A stretch of DNA of 64,000 nt from a virus (Duplodnaviria; Caudoviricetes). Both the position numbers and the translations under genes were made by a program. The stretch spans positions 174,844-238,843 of IMG/VR virus record IMGVR_UViG_3300035498_000371; one strand, written 5' to 3'. Of this stretch, positions 18,816 through 30,330 are shown in pieces. The notes beneath the pieces were generated by a model, which was not told the origin of the DNA, ran no database searches, and worked only from the letters and a program-made list of their open reading frames with translations. The number at the start of each line of letters is the position of its first letter. Position 1 is the first letter of the stretch.

Positions 18816-19637
18816 ATGAATAAATCAAAAGAATTATATGAATATATAAATTATACAGCAGATATTTCATATTTGACTAATACATTCATTACTGAATATG
18901 ATATATCGAAAGCCAATATTAATGTATTATATCTTAAAGGAGTTATAGATAAACCAACGTATGATTACCTGTATCAATCAGAACGTATGGTAAGGCAGAA
19001 ATTTGTTGGTATGCTTCAAAGAGATAATAAAGAAGTAACAAAAGCTTTACAATCTGGAATTATAGAAGCTAAAAAAGCTTTATTTGAAGCAAATGATATT
19101 CAAGATCATGAAATATTAATGATTCTTAATGATGCAGTTTTTGTGATTAATAGACAATTACAGAACACAAACTTCGGCATGATTCAATTCATGCCAAAAA
19201 ATATTTATACATCTTTCTATAGAGTGAATACTCCAATATGCAAAATGGATATGCTCTATTATTATAGTAATATCAATAAAGAAGAATATCTTGATATAAA
19301 AGGATTATCTGATAATGTATTACCATTGCATGAAAATGCATTCTATCAAGCATTAAAAGATATATTCTATTCTGTACAAATAGATGGAGTTGAAGTAGCA
19401 ATGAGGATGCTAAAAGATATCTATATGCAGTATATAAATCTTCAGCTTCCAGTAGAGTATTATAGAAAGTTTGATAATGAATCTCAATATCATTTCAAAT
19501 TATTCAGTCGTCTCTCTACTGGTTATACGATATCTCAGATAGATGATAGTATAAAACCAATGCTTGATATTACTTATAATTTACAAATCTTATTAGAGAT
19601 TCAAAAGATTTTAGTATCATTATATTTCAATAGATAA
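18816..19637 (+). CDS. Possible divergent DNA-polymerase palm-domain protein
   Basis: EYDISKAN and ILNDAVF resemble the two catalytic-Asp strands of a polymerase palm. Confidence 0.4.
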   Translation: MNKSKELYEYINYTADISYLTNTFITEYDISKANINVLYLKGVIDKPTYDYLYQSERMVRQKFVGMLQRDNKEVTKALQSGIIEAKKALFEANDIQDHEILMILNDAVFVINRQLQNTNFGMIQFMPKNIYTSFYRVNTPICKMDMLYYYSNINKEEYLDIKGLSDNVLPLHENAFYQALKDIFYSVQIDGVEVAMRMLKDIYMQYINLQLPVEYYRKFDNESQYHFKLFSRLSTGYTISQIDDSIKPMLDITYNLQILLEIQKILVSLYFNR

Positions 19638-19663
19638 AGAGAGTAGGGATATCCCTACTCTCT
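19638..19663. terminator. Bidirectional terminator, 26-bp perfect palindrome
   Basis: AGAGAGTAGGGAT|ATCCCTACTCTCT between convergent genes. Confidence 0.7.
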
Positions 19664-19684
19664 ATTTCTTGTGTTAATTATTTT

Positions 19685-20137
19685 TTATTCTGCTTTAGCA
19701 TTTCCGCCATTTTGTGTATTGAAATCAATTACAAACTGAGTTATAACCAGATAAATATGCTGACCTAAAAATTTACCAATATAATCAGTATTGTAAATAT
19801 ATGATAATTTGGTAAGCAACGTAGGCGATAACTGTTCTGGTATTTCGTTTTGAATTGTTTCTATCATTTCCTTTTCCATCTTCGAGTTAATATAATAAAT
19901 ACTCTTAGATGTAATATTAAGTATTGTATAGATATTCAGAGCATCCATAATGATGTAATCAAGATGATTAAGAATCTCATCCTCCTTATATTCTACAGTC
20001 ATTATTGGCTGCATAGATTCAAGTCTATTCTTTTCTTTTAGTTGTGTTATTAGAGTATTTAGCAGTCCAACTATAGCTATAGCGATTATAGCAAAAAAGC
20101 AAATAATAATGATTCCAATTATTGTGTAAGTATTCAT
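19685..20137 (-). CDS. Membrane-anchored hypothetical protein
   Basis: N-terminal TM helix; likely start at 20137 after GGAGG. Confidence 0.6.
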   Translation of the reverse strand: MNTYTIIGIIIICFFAIIAIAIVGLLNTLITQLKEKNRLESMQPIMTVEYKEDEILNHLDYIIMDALNIYTILNITSKSIYYINSKMEKEMIETIQNEIPEQLSPTLLTKLSYIYNTDYIGKFLGQHIYLVITQFVIDFNTQNGGNAKAE

Positions 20138-20232
20138 GTGAATTCCTCCGTTTTTTATTTTTTTAATATAAAGTTCCCGAAACATTACAAATTAAAAGGA
20201 AGGGTGAGATTTCTCTCACCCTTTTCTTTTTT

Positions 20233-20895
20233 TTAAGCTACATAAATTTGCTGTTGCGGTTGAGGCATTCCATAATAAATACCATTATATCTCTGCCAGC
20301 TTATAATGCTATCTCTAGCTTGAATAAGCATTGGATTGTATGAGCCTCCATATTGAGCTTCCTGTTTAATCTGTAACAGTATAGTGAATGATATATCAAG
20401 AGTCATACCATCTAGATAATTCATAATGAAGTATTCAGGAAATCCCCAACATTGAGTTGTAGATATAAAATCTGCAGGGTTTGCATGATGCATTTGATGC
20501 TGAGTTTTTGATAGCATAATTACATCTAACCAATGATTTCTATGAGCCCATTCTAAGTGTTGTACTACATCAAATGTGGTGCAATATCCTACAGTATTTA
20601 GAAGATGCTCTGTAATCATTATTGTAGCTTGCTTTAGTGTAGGAAGATTATGATGCATTTCTATGGTAGCCATATCTGACGTAATGGCTGGCATATTTTG
20701 ATCTCTATCTAATCCTAAACCCATTACAAATGATTTGTAATCTTTATAGAATCTAAGTTTCCTAAAATTGTTTTCACAAGAATATATAAATCTTGAATAT
20801 ATATCCGTATCGATTAATGTATCCCTGGTTTGAGCAAAGTATATTGCATTGGGATGATCTGGAGAATCAATCATAGGGTTTACAGGTCTATCCAT
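20233..20895 (-). CDS. HNH-like protein, paralog of 9098-9892
   Basis: IEMHHNLPTL ... VIMLSKTQHQMHH; AACA-N6-TA at 20926-20915. Confidence 0.55.
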   Translation of the reverse strand: MDRPVNPMIDSPDHPNAIYFAQTRDTLIDTDIYSRFIYSCENNFRKLRFYKDYKSFVMGLGLDRDQNMPAITSDMATIEMHHNLPTLKQATIMITEHLLNTVGYCTTFDVVQHLEWAHRNHWLDVIMLSKTQHQMHHANPADFISTTQCWGFPEYFIMNYLDGMTLDISFTILLQIKQEAQYGGSYNPMLIQARDSIISWQRYNGIYYGMPQPQQQIYVA

Positions 20896-20984
20896 AAAAT
20901 CACCTCCTATTTATTATACTAATGTTTCGCCCTTTATAATGAAGCTTTTAAGATTATTCTATTAGGAGAAAGGAATGATGCTTT

Positions 20985-21161
20985 ATGTATAAAAGAGATG
21001 AAGTTCTTGAAGAAATTCATGATGAAGAAGGAAGATTAATATATCAAAGAATGAGCGATGGTTATATTGAAAGAAATACTTATGCAGCAAATGGTAAACT
21101 AATCAAACAAGATATCACATATTCAAATGGCATTCGTGAAGTAGAGCATTATAAAGGGTAA
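20985..21161 (+). CDS. Small YD-repeat-like protein (58 aa, not in the ORF track)
   Basis: MYKRDEVLEEIHDEEGRLIY...TYAANGKLIK... Confidence 0.5.
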   Translation: MYKRDEVLEEIHDEEGRLIYQRMSDGYIERNTYAANGKLIKQDITYSNGIREVEHYKG

Positions 21162-21211
21162 AAATTCTATATCTGCACATACTAATAATTCTAAACAAGT
21201 AAAGGAGGGAT

Positions 21212-24200
21212 ATGGGCATGTATATTCCTGAAAAGACGTATACGGATAATCCATTCGTAGATAACGTATTATATTATGCTAAGATCTTAGCATTGAACTG
21301 CGTTATTAAGGATGAAGATGAAGCTTTATCGTATGAAACGGAAGCATCTTTAAGCAACGGGAATACGCTTATAGCTTGCGTTGAAGGTCGAGCTACATAT
21401 GAATTATTCCCCACAATTCCAAAAGAGATTTTGGAAAAATATATTCCTATAAAAAGTAATATTGATCTTTATGTAGAAGACGTTGATGCTCTTGAAACAT
21501 ATTTTAGAACTTTCACTGATTATGAAAGAGTTAATTTATTTAGAAAAATATCAAATCTTGCAAGAACTATTTATATTGATCATTATGACGTAATGATGCA
21601 TTATCTTACTAATATAGATGATACATGGATTGATGATAATAAACCTTTATATGAGTCTTGCTTAACTAAATCTGCTACATATAAAGATTTATTTGATCAA
21701 ATTCCCACAGAGACGATGAAAAGAATCGTAAAGCAATATCTTAATAATTATAACAACTCAGATATCAATGATATGGTATCATCTCTTGATGCATTTCAAG
21801 AATATATTGATTCCAGAATTGATAGCACAATAGATACGGAGCTCGATAATATTACAAGCGCTATGACAGCAGTATTTATTAGTCATTATGAAATGATGAT
21901 TGAGCGTGGATATGTATCTAAATCTCATAATAAATGGTATGAGTTTATCGCTTATGAATCAGTCTATAACAAATGCAAGACTGGCAATTCATCTTACTCT
22001 GAATTATATCCATTATTCCCGGCAGATGAATTATTAGATTCATTATATTCTGTTATCGGGCAAACAACTGTAGATTCATTTCAGTTGTATGACGGGTTAG
22101 ATATTCTTGAAGAGTACTTTAATTCATACTCATTAGATCCCGAGCAGGAAAAAGCAGACTTATCTTCTAATATGATGAAGAAATATGTAGAATGCTATAA
22201 TCCTATGATAAATAAAGACATCTATGAGAAATGCAAAGCATCTCAAGTAGATTATTGGTATCTCAGCGATTATATGCCTAAAGAAACACTTAAAGTTATT
22301 CTAAATACTTTTATAGATGAAATTACCAATATAGAAGCGTATGAGAAATCTAAGAATATGCTTAACGAGTATTTAGCATCCATCTCTCAGGATAAGAGAA
22401 CTGAAATTAAGAAGAGTATCACTAATGATATGATGGAATGGTATCCAAACAACTATACTGAGCTTAATAAGTATTATAGAGCTCTTATGGGACAACCACC
22501 ATTAGATGATAATGGAGAACCTATGGAAGATACTCTTAAAAGGACATATAATTCCACCACAAAGAGTTTCATTGATTTTGGAACTAGATTTACTTCCATT
22601 ATCCCAGCTACAGCTTACCCTGAGTCACATTGGGATCAAGCATTATGTGATTTCGATGATTACGATATCAGTATCTTGGAAGAGTATGGAATTCTTGAGC
22701 AGTATATTGCTGTATGTAAAGATAATAATACTAATGATATTGATGGTAGATATGATTATTTTAATCATCTTGGAGCTGACGCTTTGGATGTGTATACTTG
22801 CAGAAAGGCACAGAAATTTCAATTAATGTATGTGCCAGACGTAGATGATACAGATGCTAAAAAGAAGTTTGTAGATATCTATACAGTAAATAGGGATTAT
22901 ATAATTAGAACAGTCTACGCAGATGGGTATAAGTATCAGTCTGATTATTACGACAAATTTATGATTATATTTATTCTCTTAAATACGATCATGGATATGC
23001 TAGTTCATATTCCTGAATATATCATTGATAGAGAAGTATTTGATGCTAGATGCATAAGCTATATGTTTGAGGCATTTGGCATTCCATACTACTCTGAGAT
23101 TCCATTAAAATATCAGAGAGCGATGCTTAAAAATCTTAATACATTAATCAAGTACAAATCAAGTACGAAGAATATGATAGATATTTGTAGTATATTTGGA
23201 TTTGATGATGTAAAGGTATTCAACTATTACTTATTCAAATCTAGAAATACTTCTTTAGATACTGGAGAGTACGTGCTTGAAGAGAATAATGATATTTCAT
23301 ATAATATAGATGAATTATACATCAAGAATTCTGATGGTGATTTCTCTGACTATAATGGGAATCATTATTCTAAACTTACTGATTATAAAGATTATGATGA
23401 ATCCTATCATATAAAAACTATAAGCGTCCAAGAAGATGACGGAACTATAAAACAGAAAGTTATTATGAATAACGACGTAGATTACTACGTTAGAGATCCA
23501 GATGATAACGATAACTTCTTGAGTGTAAAAGATTTGGATTATTTCACATCAATTAAAGCAAGCACTCAACCTGCAACTCTTAAATTTATTAGAGTTCCTA
23601 TAGGAGAAAGTCTTACTACTTATAAGAATGATCCTAATTATATTGACGGTTATGATGAAATTGTAACTGCTGATGAAGGTGATACATGGGACGGAGGGCT
23701 TGAACACGACGCTTTAGCTCAGAAGATTCTTGATTATGAGTTTAATGCAGTAAAATCTAAATACATCTCAATAGAAACTGTAACAGAAATGACTGAATTA
23801 GCGTTTCAGGTATCATATTTCTACAATATGCTTTTCGATAACTTCTATTCGGAAGATAATCTTACTGTAGAGGTAGCAAGTATTAAGACAGGGCATAAGT
23901 TCCGTTTTATGGACATCGTATGCTATCTGTTTGCTTTGATGTATTTGTATGATGGATTAGAGGATAATATCATGTATTCTCCAACCCAAATATTGTACGT
24001 TAAAGGCTACAACTTCAGTGAGTGCGCTAATGAAGTACTAAAAGACCAAAAATACTTCCAGCAGACAGATGAAGACTCTGGAGAACCATTAGCTGACGAT
24101 AAGAAATATAATGTATTTAGCATTAATGATAGAATTGCTGAAGACGGATATGATTATCATGAAGCATTCGAAAACTACAGAATAACAGCATTTAATCTTG

Positions 24201-27067
24201 GCGCTGATATAGATGAATTAGAGAAATGGCTTAATGATAACTGTCAGATGTCTTTAGAAGATTTTGTTGTTGATGATTCATTAACTGAGTTTAGTCAGGT
24301 TATTACATTGAGATCATTCTTCTCTCTTAATAATTCTTATTACCAGAAAGATATCTTCAAACAGAATCTGTTACCATTACAATACAACCAGAATATAAAC
24401 TATGCTTTCGGATATAAATTATTCCGTAAATCATTAATTGGAGATATAGAGTCTGTTATTCATGGTTTCATTACTACAGATGATGGAATGATGGCTGAAT
24501 TGATAGATGATAATTCCAATGAAGTTTATATCATGGATTATACCCAATATATTATATTCAATGGTAAGAAGATAACTCCTTATTACCAATATACTCGTCA
24601 GAGTAATGGTGATTATTACATGAGTTCATCTCAACCATATATGAAATATAGAAATGGTTATGAACGCATATTTGATAATGATATTAATATCATAAGAAAT
24701 AGAGATCAGAAATGCGTATTTGCTGCAGATCATTTCTATAGGAAAGTCAATGGTATTATAGAAGAAATTACTGAAGATAAATACTTCATGGATGATCCAT
24801 ATGAGCCAGGAAAAAGAATACTCTTATTCGGCGAGTATTATATTTACGATGAAAATGAATGGAAATTAAATCCTAATAACTGTTACGTTGCAGTTGTAAA
24901 GAATGGTGAAGTAAGTTACGTTTTGTTAAAAGATGTAGAAGATACTGACGATATAATGGTATCTGAGGAAGATTGCTTTATCAGGCATTCAGATGGCCAT
25001 TTCATAAGATTATCTGATACAGATTACTACGTAAGATCAGAAGATGGTAACTCATTTGTTCTTAATGAAGAAGAATGTTTCGTTATAGCAGATAGAGAAA
25101 CTGAATGGTTTGACCCTGCAGCAAATCCTAGAGTTTATTATATGAAACTCAGTAGCTACTATGATGAAAATAGTAGTATTATTATCAATACTACTTATTT
25201 CGTTAAAGATAAGGATGGAAATTTCATTCCTGAAAGTGAATTAATTCATCCTACAACGTGCTATTATATAAATCCTGATACTGGAACTTATTCTTTGGTT
25301 ATAGAGCATATTGCTGTATATGAAGATTATACAGAGCCATTCAATATAACAAACGTTCTTATATTACAAGAGGATAATACTTACAATGAGTTAATCCCAG
25401 ATGATAAAAATTATATCTTAGTAACGAATCCTAATAGAGTATTTACTTATAATAGTGATACCAGATATGGATTAGCTTTAAATAAATTAGCATCATATGA
25501 TGATACATCAACAATGATTGTTGTATTCAATAGATACCTTGATGAAACAACATCGTCTGATTCATTTACAGATGAAGATTCTGTATATAATCCTGAAGTT
25601 ACAGATAAAGTATGGGACGAGAATGATTATTTCTATGAAGATCCATCTTATGATCCAGATAATGCTGTTGGTATGAATGGCGAGAATAAATGGTATTACA
25701 CAAAACCAGATTCCACGACTATTCAATCCACTGAAGAAAATAGTGAATCAACTAAGATTGGTTCTGGCTTCTATCTTGAGGCTACTTCATATATTGGAGA
25801 TACTGAACTAGAATATGGTTCAAGATATTATATGTCTTTCGATGTAGAGACAAACTTCAATGGAAGAGTTCAGATTAGCAATGAGGTCGATCAAGATTGC
25901 GTTAAAGAAACTGATAGAGAATATCAAGTATTTAAAGAAACAGCCATTCATGTTAACCAAGTATTTACAGCAAATAATAAAATACATCCTGCAATAAAAT
26001 TCTTAATATATTGCTATGATGAATTTCCAATTCATATTGGAGATTATATCGTGGTAAAGAATATTAAGTTTATGAAATCCTATAGTGATAATTTTATAGC
26101 TCAAGATATTCCTTCGTACGAAAAGCTTCAAGAACTTTATAATACGAATAAAGCTATATATAATTATATTACAACAAAAATGGCAGAATGCAGTGATTAT
26201 GATACTTACCAAATCTATAAGAAGCTGTATGATTCTCTTATGACTTCTGAGTATAATAAAGAAGCATTCAAGATAGGAGATAATCAATATGCTAAAACAT
26301 ACACTGATTTCTTAGAGACTAGAGACGCTGTATTGTATGAGAAATTGAAGTATTTTAAATCATTAGATACTGAAACAATGCAGAAAGAAATAGCTGATAA
26401 TATTGTTGAAGTAACGTATGCTATTGATGAATATATTGATACTTACAGTTATGGATATTTATATTCATATTTCCCTGCAGTATCTGCTAATTTCATTCAG
26501 CAGTATATTTCAAAGGTTATTAATTTCTTTAAATCTTGGAAAGTTCATCTTCTTGGTATTAATACGATATATAAATTTGACTCTAAGATGGAGAATACAA
26601 TTAAAGTACTTGAAGATCAAGAATATGAAGTAACGCTTGATGATACAAAACATAATGTCTTTATATATGATAACGTTAAAATAAATCCTATAGATGCTCT
26701 AAGTCCTAGCGGAGAAAAATATACAGATCTCTTTCCAGATCTAGTAAGATTTGTACTGGATAGGAAAGAATTCTGTAGACCTCATGATAGAGTTAGAGTA
26801 ATATCTAAAGTTGAAAATAGAATCAGAATTACTGATAATTACGAGAATATGCATATTATATTTAACAATGATGATATTCAGGTTACTGATTCAAATGGTG
26901 AACTTATAATTAAAAGTGAAAGTGCAGGATTCCAGGAAGTAAACGAGAATGAACTTCTTATGACTACAGATGTTACAGAAGATCAGGTTAACGCTTCTCA
27001 GATCATTGACGAGATTAATCACTTTTCTAAAGATATCTTTGAATGGAGGGAATTTGAAAATGAATGA
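21212..27067 (+). CDS. Large virion structural protein (1951 aa), probably baseplate-associated
   Basis: Size, acidic Y/D-rich composition, late-type motif at 21176-21187, structural-gene neighbourhood. Confidence 0.55.
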   Translation: MGMYIPEKTYTDNPFVDNVLYYAKILALNCVIKDEDEALSYETEASLSNGNTLIACVEGRATYELFPTIPKEILEKYIPIKSNIDLYVEDVDALETYFRTFTDYERVNLFRKISNLARTIYIDHYDVMMHYLTNIDDTWIDDNKPLYESCLTKSATYKDLFDQIPTETMKRIVKQYLNNYNNSDINDMVSSLDAFQEYIDSRIDSTIDTELDNITSAMTAVFISHYEMMIERGYVSKSHNKWYEFIAYESVYNKCKTGNSSYSELYPLFPADELLDSLYSVIGQTTVDSFQLYDGLDILEEYFNSYSLDPEQEKADLSSNMMKKYVECYNPMINKDIYEKCKASQVDYWYLSDYMPKETLKVILNTFIDEITNIEAYEKSKNMLNEYLASISQDKRTEIKKSITNDMMEWYPNNYTELNKYYRALMGQPPLDDNGEPMEDTLKRTYNSTTKSFIDFGTRFTSIIPATAYPESHWDQALCDFDDYDISILEEYGILEQYIAVCKDNNTNDIDGRYDYFNHLGADALDVYTCRKAQKFQLMYVPDVDDTDAKKKFVDIYTVNRDYIIRTVYADGYKYQSDYYDKFMIIFILLNTIMDMLVHIPEYIIDREVFDARCISYMFEAFGIPYYSEIPLKYQRAMLKNLNTLIKYKSSTKNMIDICSIFGFDDVKVFNYYLFKSRNTSLDTGEYVLEENNDISYNIDELYIKNSDGDFSDYNGNHYSKLTDYKDYDESYHIKTISVQEDDGTIKQKVIMNNDVDYYVRDPDDNDNFLSVKDLDYFTSIKASTQPATLKFIRVPIGESLTTYKNDPNYIDGYDEIVTADEGDTWDGGLEHDALAQKILDYEFNAVKSKYISIETVTEMTELAFQVSYFYNMLFDNFYSEDNLTVEVASIKTGHKFRFMDIVCYLFALMYLYDGLEDNIMYSPTQILYVKGYNFSECANEVLKDQKYFQQTDEDSGEPLADDKKYNVFSINDRIAEDGYDYHEAFENYRITAFNLGADIDELEKWLNDNCQMSLEDFVVDDSLTEFSQVITLRSFFSLNNSYYQKDIFKQNLLPLQYNQNINYAFGYKLFRKSLIGDIESVIHGFITTDDGMMAELIDDNSNEVYIMDYTQYIIFNGKKITPYYQYTRQSNGDYYMSSSQPYMKYRNGYERIFDNDINIIRNRDQKCVFAADHFYRKVNGIIEEITEDKYFMDDPYEPGKRILLFGEYYIYDENEWKLNPNNCYVAVVKNGEVSYVLLKDVEDTDDIMVSEEDCFIRHSDGHFIRLSDTDYYVRSEDGNSFVLNEEECFVIADRETEWFDPAANPRVYYMKLSSYYDENSSIIINTTYFVKDKDGNFIPESELIHPTTCYYINPDTGTYSLVIEHIAVYEDYTEPFNITNVLILQEDNTYNELIPDDKNYILVTNPNRVFTYNSDTRYGLALNKLASYDDTSTMIVVFNRYLDETTSSDSFTDEDSVYNPEVTDKVWDENDYFYEDPSYDPDNAVGMNGENKWYYTKPDSTTIQSTEENSESTKIGSGFYLEATSYIGDTELEYGSRYYMSFDVETNFNGRVQISNEVDQDCVKETDREYQVFKETAIHVNQVFTANNKIHPAIKFLIYCYDEFPIHIGDYIVVKNIKFMKSYSDNFIAQDIPSYEKLQELYNTNKAIYNYITTKMAECSDYDTYQIYKKLYDSLMTSEYNKEAFKIGDNQYAKTYTDFLETRDAVLYEKLKYFKSLDTETMQKEIADNIVEVTYAIDEYIDTYSYGYLYSYFPAVSANFIQQYISKVINFFKSWKVHLLGINTIYKFDSKMENTIKVLEDQEYEVTLDDTKHNVFIYDNVKINPIDALSPSGEKYTDLFPDLVRFVLDRKEFCRPHDRVRVISKVENRIRITDNYENMHIIFNNDDIQVTDSNGELIIKSESAGFQEVNENELLMTTDVTEDQVNASQIIDEINHFSKDIFEWREFENE

Positions 27068-28013
27068 ATTCAGATACTATACAGATAGAGCACGAATAAA
27101 TGAAGATCATGCTATTAAGTATGATAAGAATGGAAATCTTCGTGTTTCTTCTGAGCTTAAATTCTATAATGATGAGACTGGAGAGATGATTTGGGAACCA
27201 CTGCATAATAGAACTGTTATTGCAGGATCTGCTCTTATGGCAATGAAGTTATTTGAGCTTGATCGTAGTTGCCTGAATAATACTCCGACCTATGATACTG
27301 AACTTGAATTAGATGATGCTGCTACGGCATCTTCTTATCCATCCATTACTGTTAAAGATAGTAATGGTTTTGTTGTTGGCTCTGTTCCTGATGAATCACA
27401 GAGAATGATTATTGGTTTCTGTGTGGGTCAAGGTGGAGCAGGATTAGACATTTCTGATACATTTGACGTTGATTATGCAAGCTGGATTGATCCAGATTCA
27501 TTGGTGCCATTTATGTATCCATTGCAGTCGGCAGATGATGTAGATGAATCAATCTATAAGGGAAAAAAGAATATTCTTCTTTCTAATGGACAAACTAGAA
27601 CTGCTTATTATTTTAAGGAATTTTCTAATTCTCCTACAATGGTGCAGAATTATATCTCAACTACAGGAAATTTTGCTGATACTGTAACTTCAGCAAATGT
27701 TTATAAGAATAAGACTATGGCTAATAAAGCTCAGACCTATGTAGAATTACATCTTAAAATCACAAAGAGTGATTGTAGGGACTTCTTTATAGCCCATAAA
27801 GGTTTAGCTAATGCTAAAATCAATCAGTTATCATTAGTTAGCGGTTGGAGAAGAACGGTAGAAAAGACTAAGCTTGATAGCGATGGTAATACAAGAACTA
27901 AAAGCATCGAAGTATTTACCGATATCCGTCCTTTCTCTATGATTAATATACCAACTGAAATCTTAAGCGATCCTGAGAAATCGGTAAGTTGCGTTTATAC
28001 ATTATATTTCTAA
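27060..28013 (+). CDS. Probable virion structural (baseplate/tail) protein
   Basis: Coupled to the preceding large gene; beta-rich; start moved to 27060. Confidence 0.5.
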   Translation: MNEFRYYTDRARINEDHAIKYDKNGNLRVSSELKFYNDETGEMIWEPLHNRTVIAGSALMAMKLFELDRSCLNNTPTYDTELELDDAATASSYPSITVKDSNGFVVGSVPDESQRMIIGFCVGQGGAGLDISDTFDVDYASWIDPDSLVPFMYPLQSADDVDESIYKGKKNILLSNGQTRTAYYFKEFSNSPTMVQNYISTTGNFADTVTSANVYKNKTMANKAQTYVELHLKITKSDCRDFFIAHKGLANAKINQLSLVSGWRRTVEKTKLDSDGNTRTKSIEVFTDIRPFSMINIPTEILSDPEKSVSCVYTLYF

Positions 28014-28074
28014 AAACAAAAAGATTTAGGGGTAGGGATAATTCCCTACCTCTATTTCTTGTAATTGATATTTA

Positions 28075-29520
28075 TTATAAATATAACGCTTCGAAGATTA
28101 TTACATCACCCTCAGTGGTAGGATTAAATAAAGTAATCTTCTCATCTTTGGTATTTATAGAATAATCAAGATCTTCAAATAATCTTAATCCATTCTTATA
28201 TACCGTAATACAAGCTCCAAGCTCATACTGCATTCCGCAGTAGCAGATTTCTTTTTCGCTTTCCAATGCCTTATAAACCCATCTACCAGTTCTTAGCTGA
28301 GATATATCGGTAGTCATAAGATAAACTTTTCTCTCTTCTTTACACCACATAAATCTAGCGATTTTTCCAGATGGTAAGCCTTTAGTAAGATCTTTTCCTC
28401 TAGCATCTACTATAGGAACGTTAGTTATAGAACCACCATTGTATGCTATCAATGCAGCAGCATCAAATCTCTTAGCTGTTCCTATAAGAACGTTGCACAT
28501 GAAATAATCATATTCAATGATATTCTTAGAAGAATCAATATGAATAAAATTATCATACTCGCTGATGTCGATATTATATGATGCATTATCAACGTTATGA
28601 TCAACCATGTTAAGCATCTCTAAATAAAGATTATATAATCCTTTAGAAGTTGCTACAGCAGTTTCATCAGTATTAGTGAAGCTATCGGAAACTTTCTCTA
28701 ATCTGGATATCGGTATTGATTTCATGGATATATTCTTTCCATCCATATACTGATATTTTACATCTTCATATGCTTTAGCGTTATATGTGAATATAAAATC
28801 AATTTGGTCGTTGCTACCAATCTCTTCAAGATTTAACGTTAATAAACCATAAGTAAAGTTATTATCATCATCCAGTACTGGACCAATGAAATATTCTTCA
28901 GATGTAAGATACCTACTGTTATATCTTATTTCTACATCGTCCATATAGTTCTCAAATGGGTATAAGAACTTATAGCTCTTGGTATCTTTCTTGGTATAAA
29001 TAGTTTGTCTGTTTATAGCCAGTCTAGTGATTTCATTATATTGGTCTTGGAATGATTTGCCATTCTTAAAGAATACGTTATCGGCAAATGTTATTGGCAG
29101 AATTACTCTACCTTCAGCATCTCTTAATAATGTATTTACTGCCGAGTCATCAAAGAGTTTATAACTATCTCTGGCATAATCAAATAAACCATAATTTTCA
29201 GGATATAAAAATCTTTTATAGATATAATTGATAACGTCTTTTAAAGTGGATGGATCATCAACACCCTCTAATGATATCTCAAACTGGTCTACGTTAAATT
29301 TTGCTGCTGGTAAAGCTTTAGCAACAATCATCTCTGTAAGATCTATAAGTTTTGTAGGATCGTTTGAACTTGCAATATACATATGGTACGTTTCTGTACC
29401 AGTATTACCAAAATCAATAATAAGCTCATCTGTCTGAGCATTCTCTCTTTGGCTATATGCTAATGGTCGTAATGGTATTCGACCGTGTTCAAACTGGTCT
29501 TTATTGTTATTAGAAGCCAT
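28075..29520 (-). CDS. Probable baseplate/tail structural protein
   Basis: C-terminal VYKNGLRL..DYSI..ITL..EGDVIIFE beta module; late-type motif at 29558-29547. Confidence 0.5.
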   Translation of the reverse strand: MASNNNKDQFEHGRIPLRPLAYSQRENAQTDELIIDFGNTGTETYHMYIASSNDPTKLIDLTEMIVAKALPAAKFNVDQFEISLEGVDDPSTLKDVINYIYKRFLYPENYGLFDYARDSYKLFDDSAVNTLLRDAEGRVILPITFADNVFFKNGKSFQDQYNEITRLAINRQTIYTKKDTKSYKFLYPFENYMDDVEIRYNSRYLTSEEYFIGPVLDDDNNFTYGLLTLNLEEIGSNDQIDFIFTYNAKAYEDVKYQYMDGKNISMKSIPISRLEKVSDSFTNTDETAVATSKGLYNLYLEMLNMVDHNVDNASYNIDISEYDNFIHIDSSKNIIEYDYFMCNVLIGTAKRFDAAALIAYNGGSITNVPIVDARGKDLTKGLPSGKIARFMWCKEERKVYLMTTDISQLRTGRWVYKALESEKEICYCGMQYELGACITVYKNGLRLFEDLDYSINTKDEKITLFNPTTEGDVIIFEALYL

Positions 29521-29640
29521 AAAATAAAACCTCCTTTAATATTTATTACCATGATGTTTCCCCAATTCGATATTTAAGGCTAACAGATAAATAATGTATT
29601 ATACATTAAAAAATTTATTTTCTTAAGGAGGAAACCAATT

Positions 29641-30300
29641 ATGGGAATATTTAGAAAAAAGAATAAGGCCCCGACGCATACGGTAGCCGAGAGAGAAGCG
29701 GAAAAATATAATCATCGTCAGGAAAAGTATGATGATGAACTCAGAAAAGTAGAGCAGAAAACCACATTTAAGACAAAGCTCAGCAGACTTAAATTTCCTA
29801 CATATACTAAGAATCTTGTAGCAATTATAATCCTAATCTGTTTGATCGATTTACAAATTACTTATATCTTAGCATTTATGGATAAAGTACAAATTGCTGA
29901 AGAGCTCAGTAAGCAGCTTTGTACTACGATCCTGGGGGTTGCTTTCGTATATATGGTTAGAGCTTACTTTGATTCTAAAGCAGAGCACAATAATAATAAA
30001 GAAACTGTAGATGACAATAAAATTAAAAAAGAATTAGATACTCTTGTTAATTCTAAACTATCAAGCGTTATTCAGGACTTCGCAGATAATGTCGGAGTTG
30101 AATTTCCACTTAATGAGATTCTTAATAGCACTACAGGGTCATTAGATGATGAAGTTCCAGTAAATGATGAAATTCCAGATGAAGAAGAACCAAACGTAAA
30201 TATTATTTCTGCTGAAATCGATGCTGATTCTATGGATGTTTCTAAACCAATAAATGATAGTATAGAAGAGAAGTCAGATAATACTAATGAAACAAATTAA
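29641..30300 (+). CDS. Two-TM membrane protein, holin-like
   Basis: Two hydrophobic helices, basic N-terminus, acidic C-terminus. Confidence 0.5.
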   Translation: MGIFRKKNKAPTHTVAEREAEKYNHRQEKYDDELRKVEQKTTFKTKLSRLKFPTYTKNLVAIIILICLIDLQITYILAFMDKVQIAEELSKQLCTTILGVAFVYMVRAYFDSKAEHNNNKETVDDNKIKKELDTLVNSKLSSVIQDFADNVGVEFPLNEILNSTTGSLDDEVPVNDEIPDEEEPNVNIISAEIDADSMDVSKPINDSIEEKSDNTNETN

Positions 30301-30330
30301 TAACCATATTATTTAAGGAGGTAATAAGCT

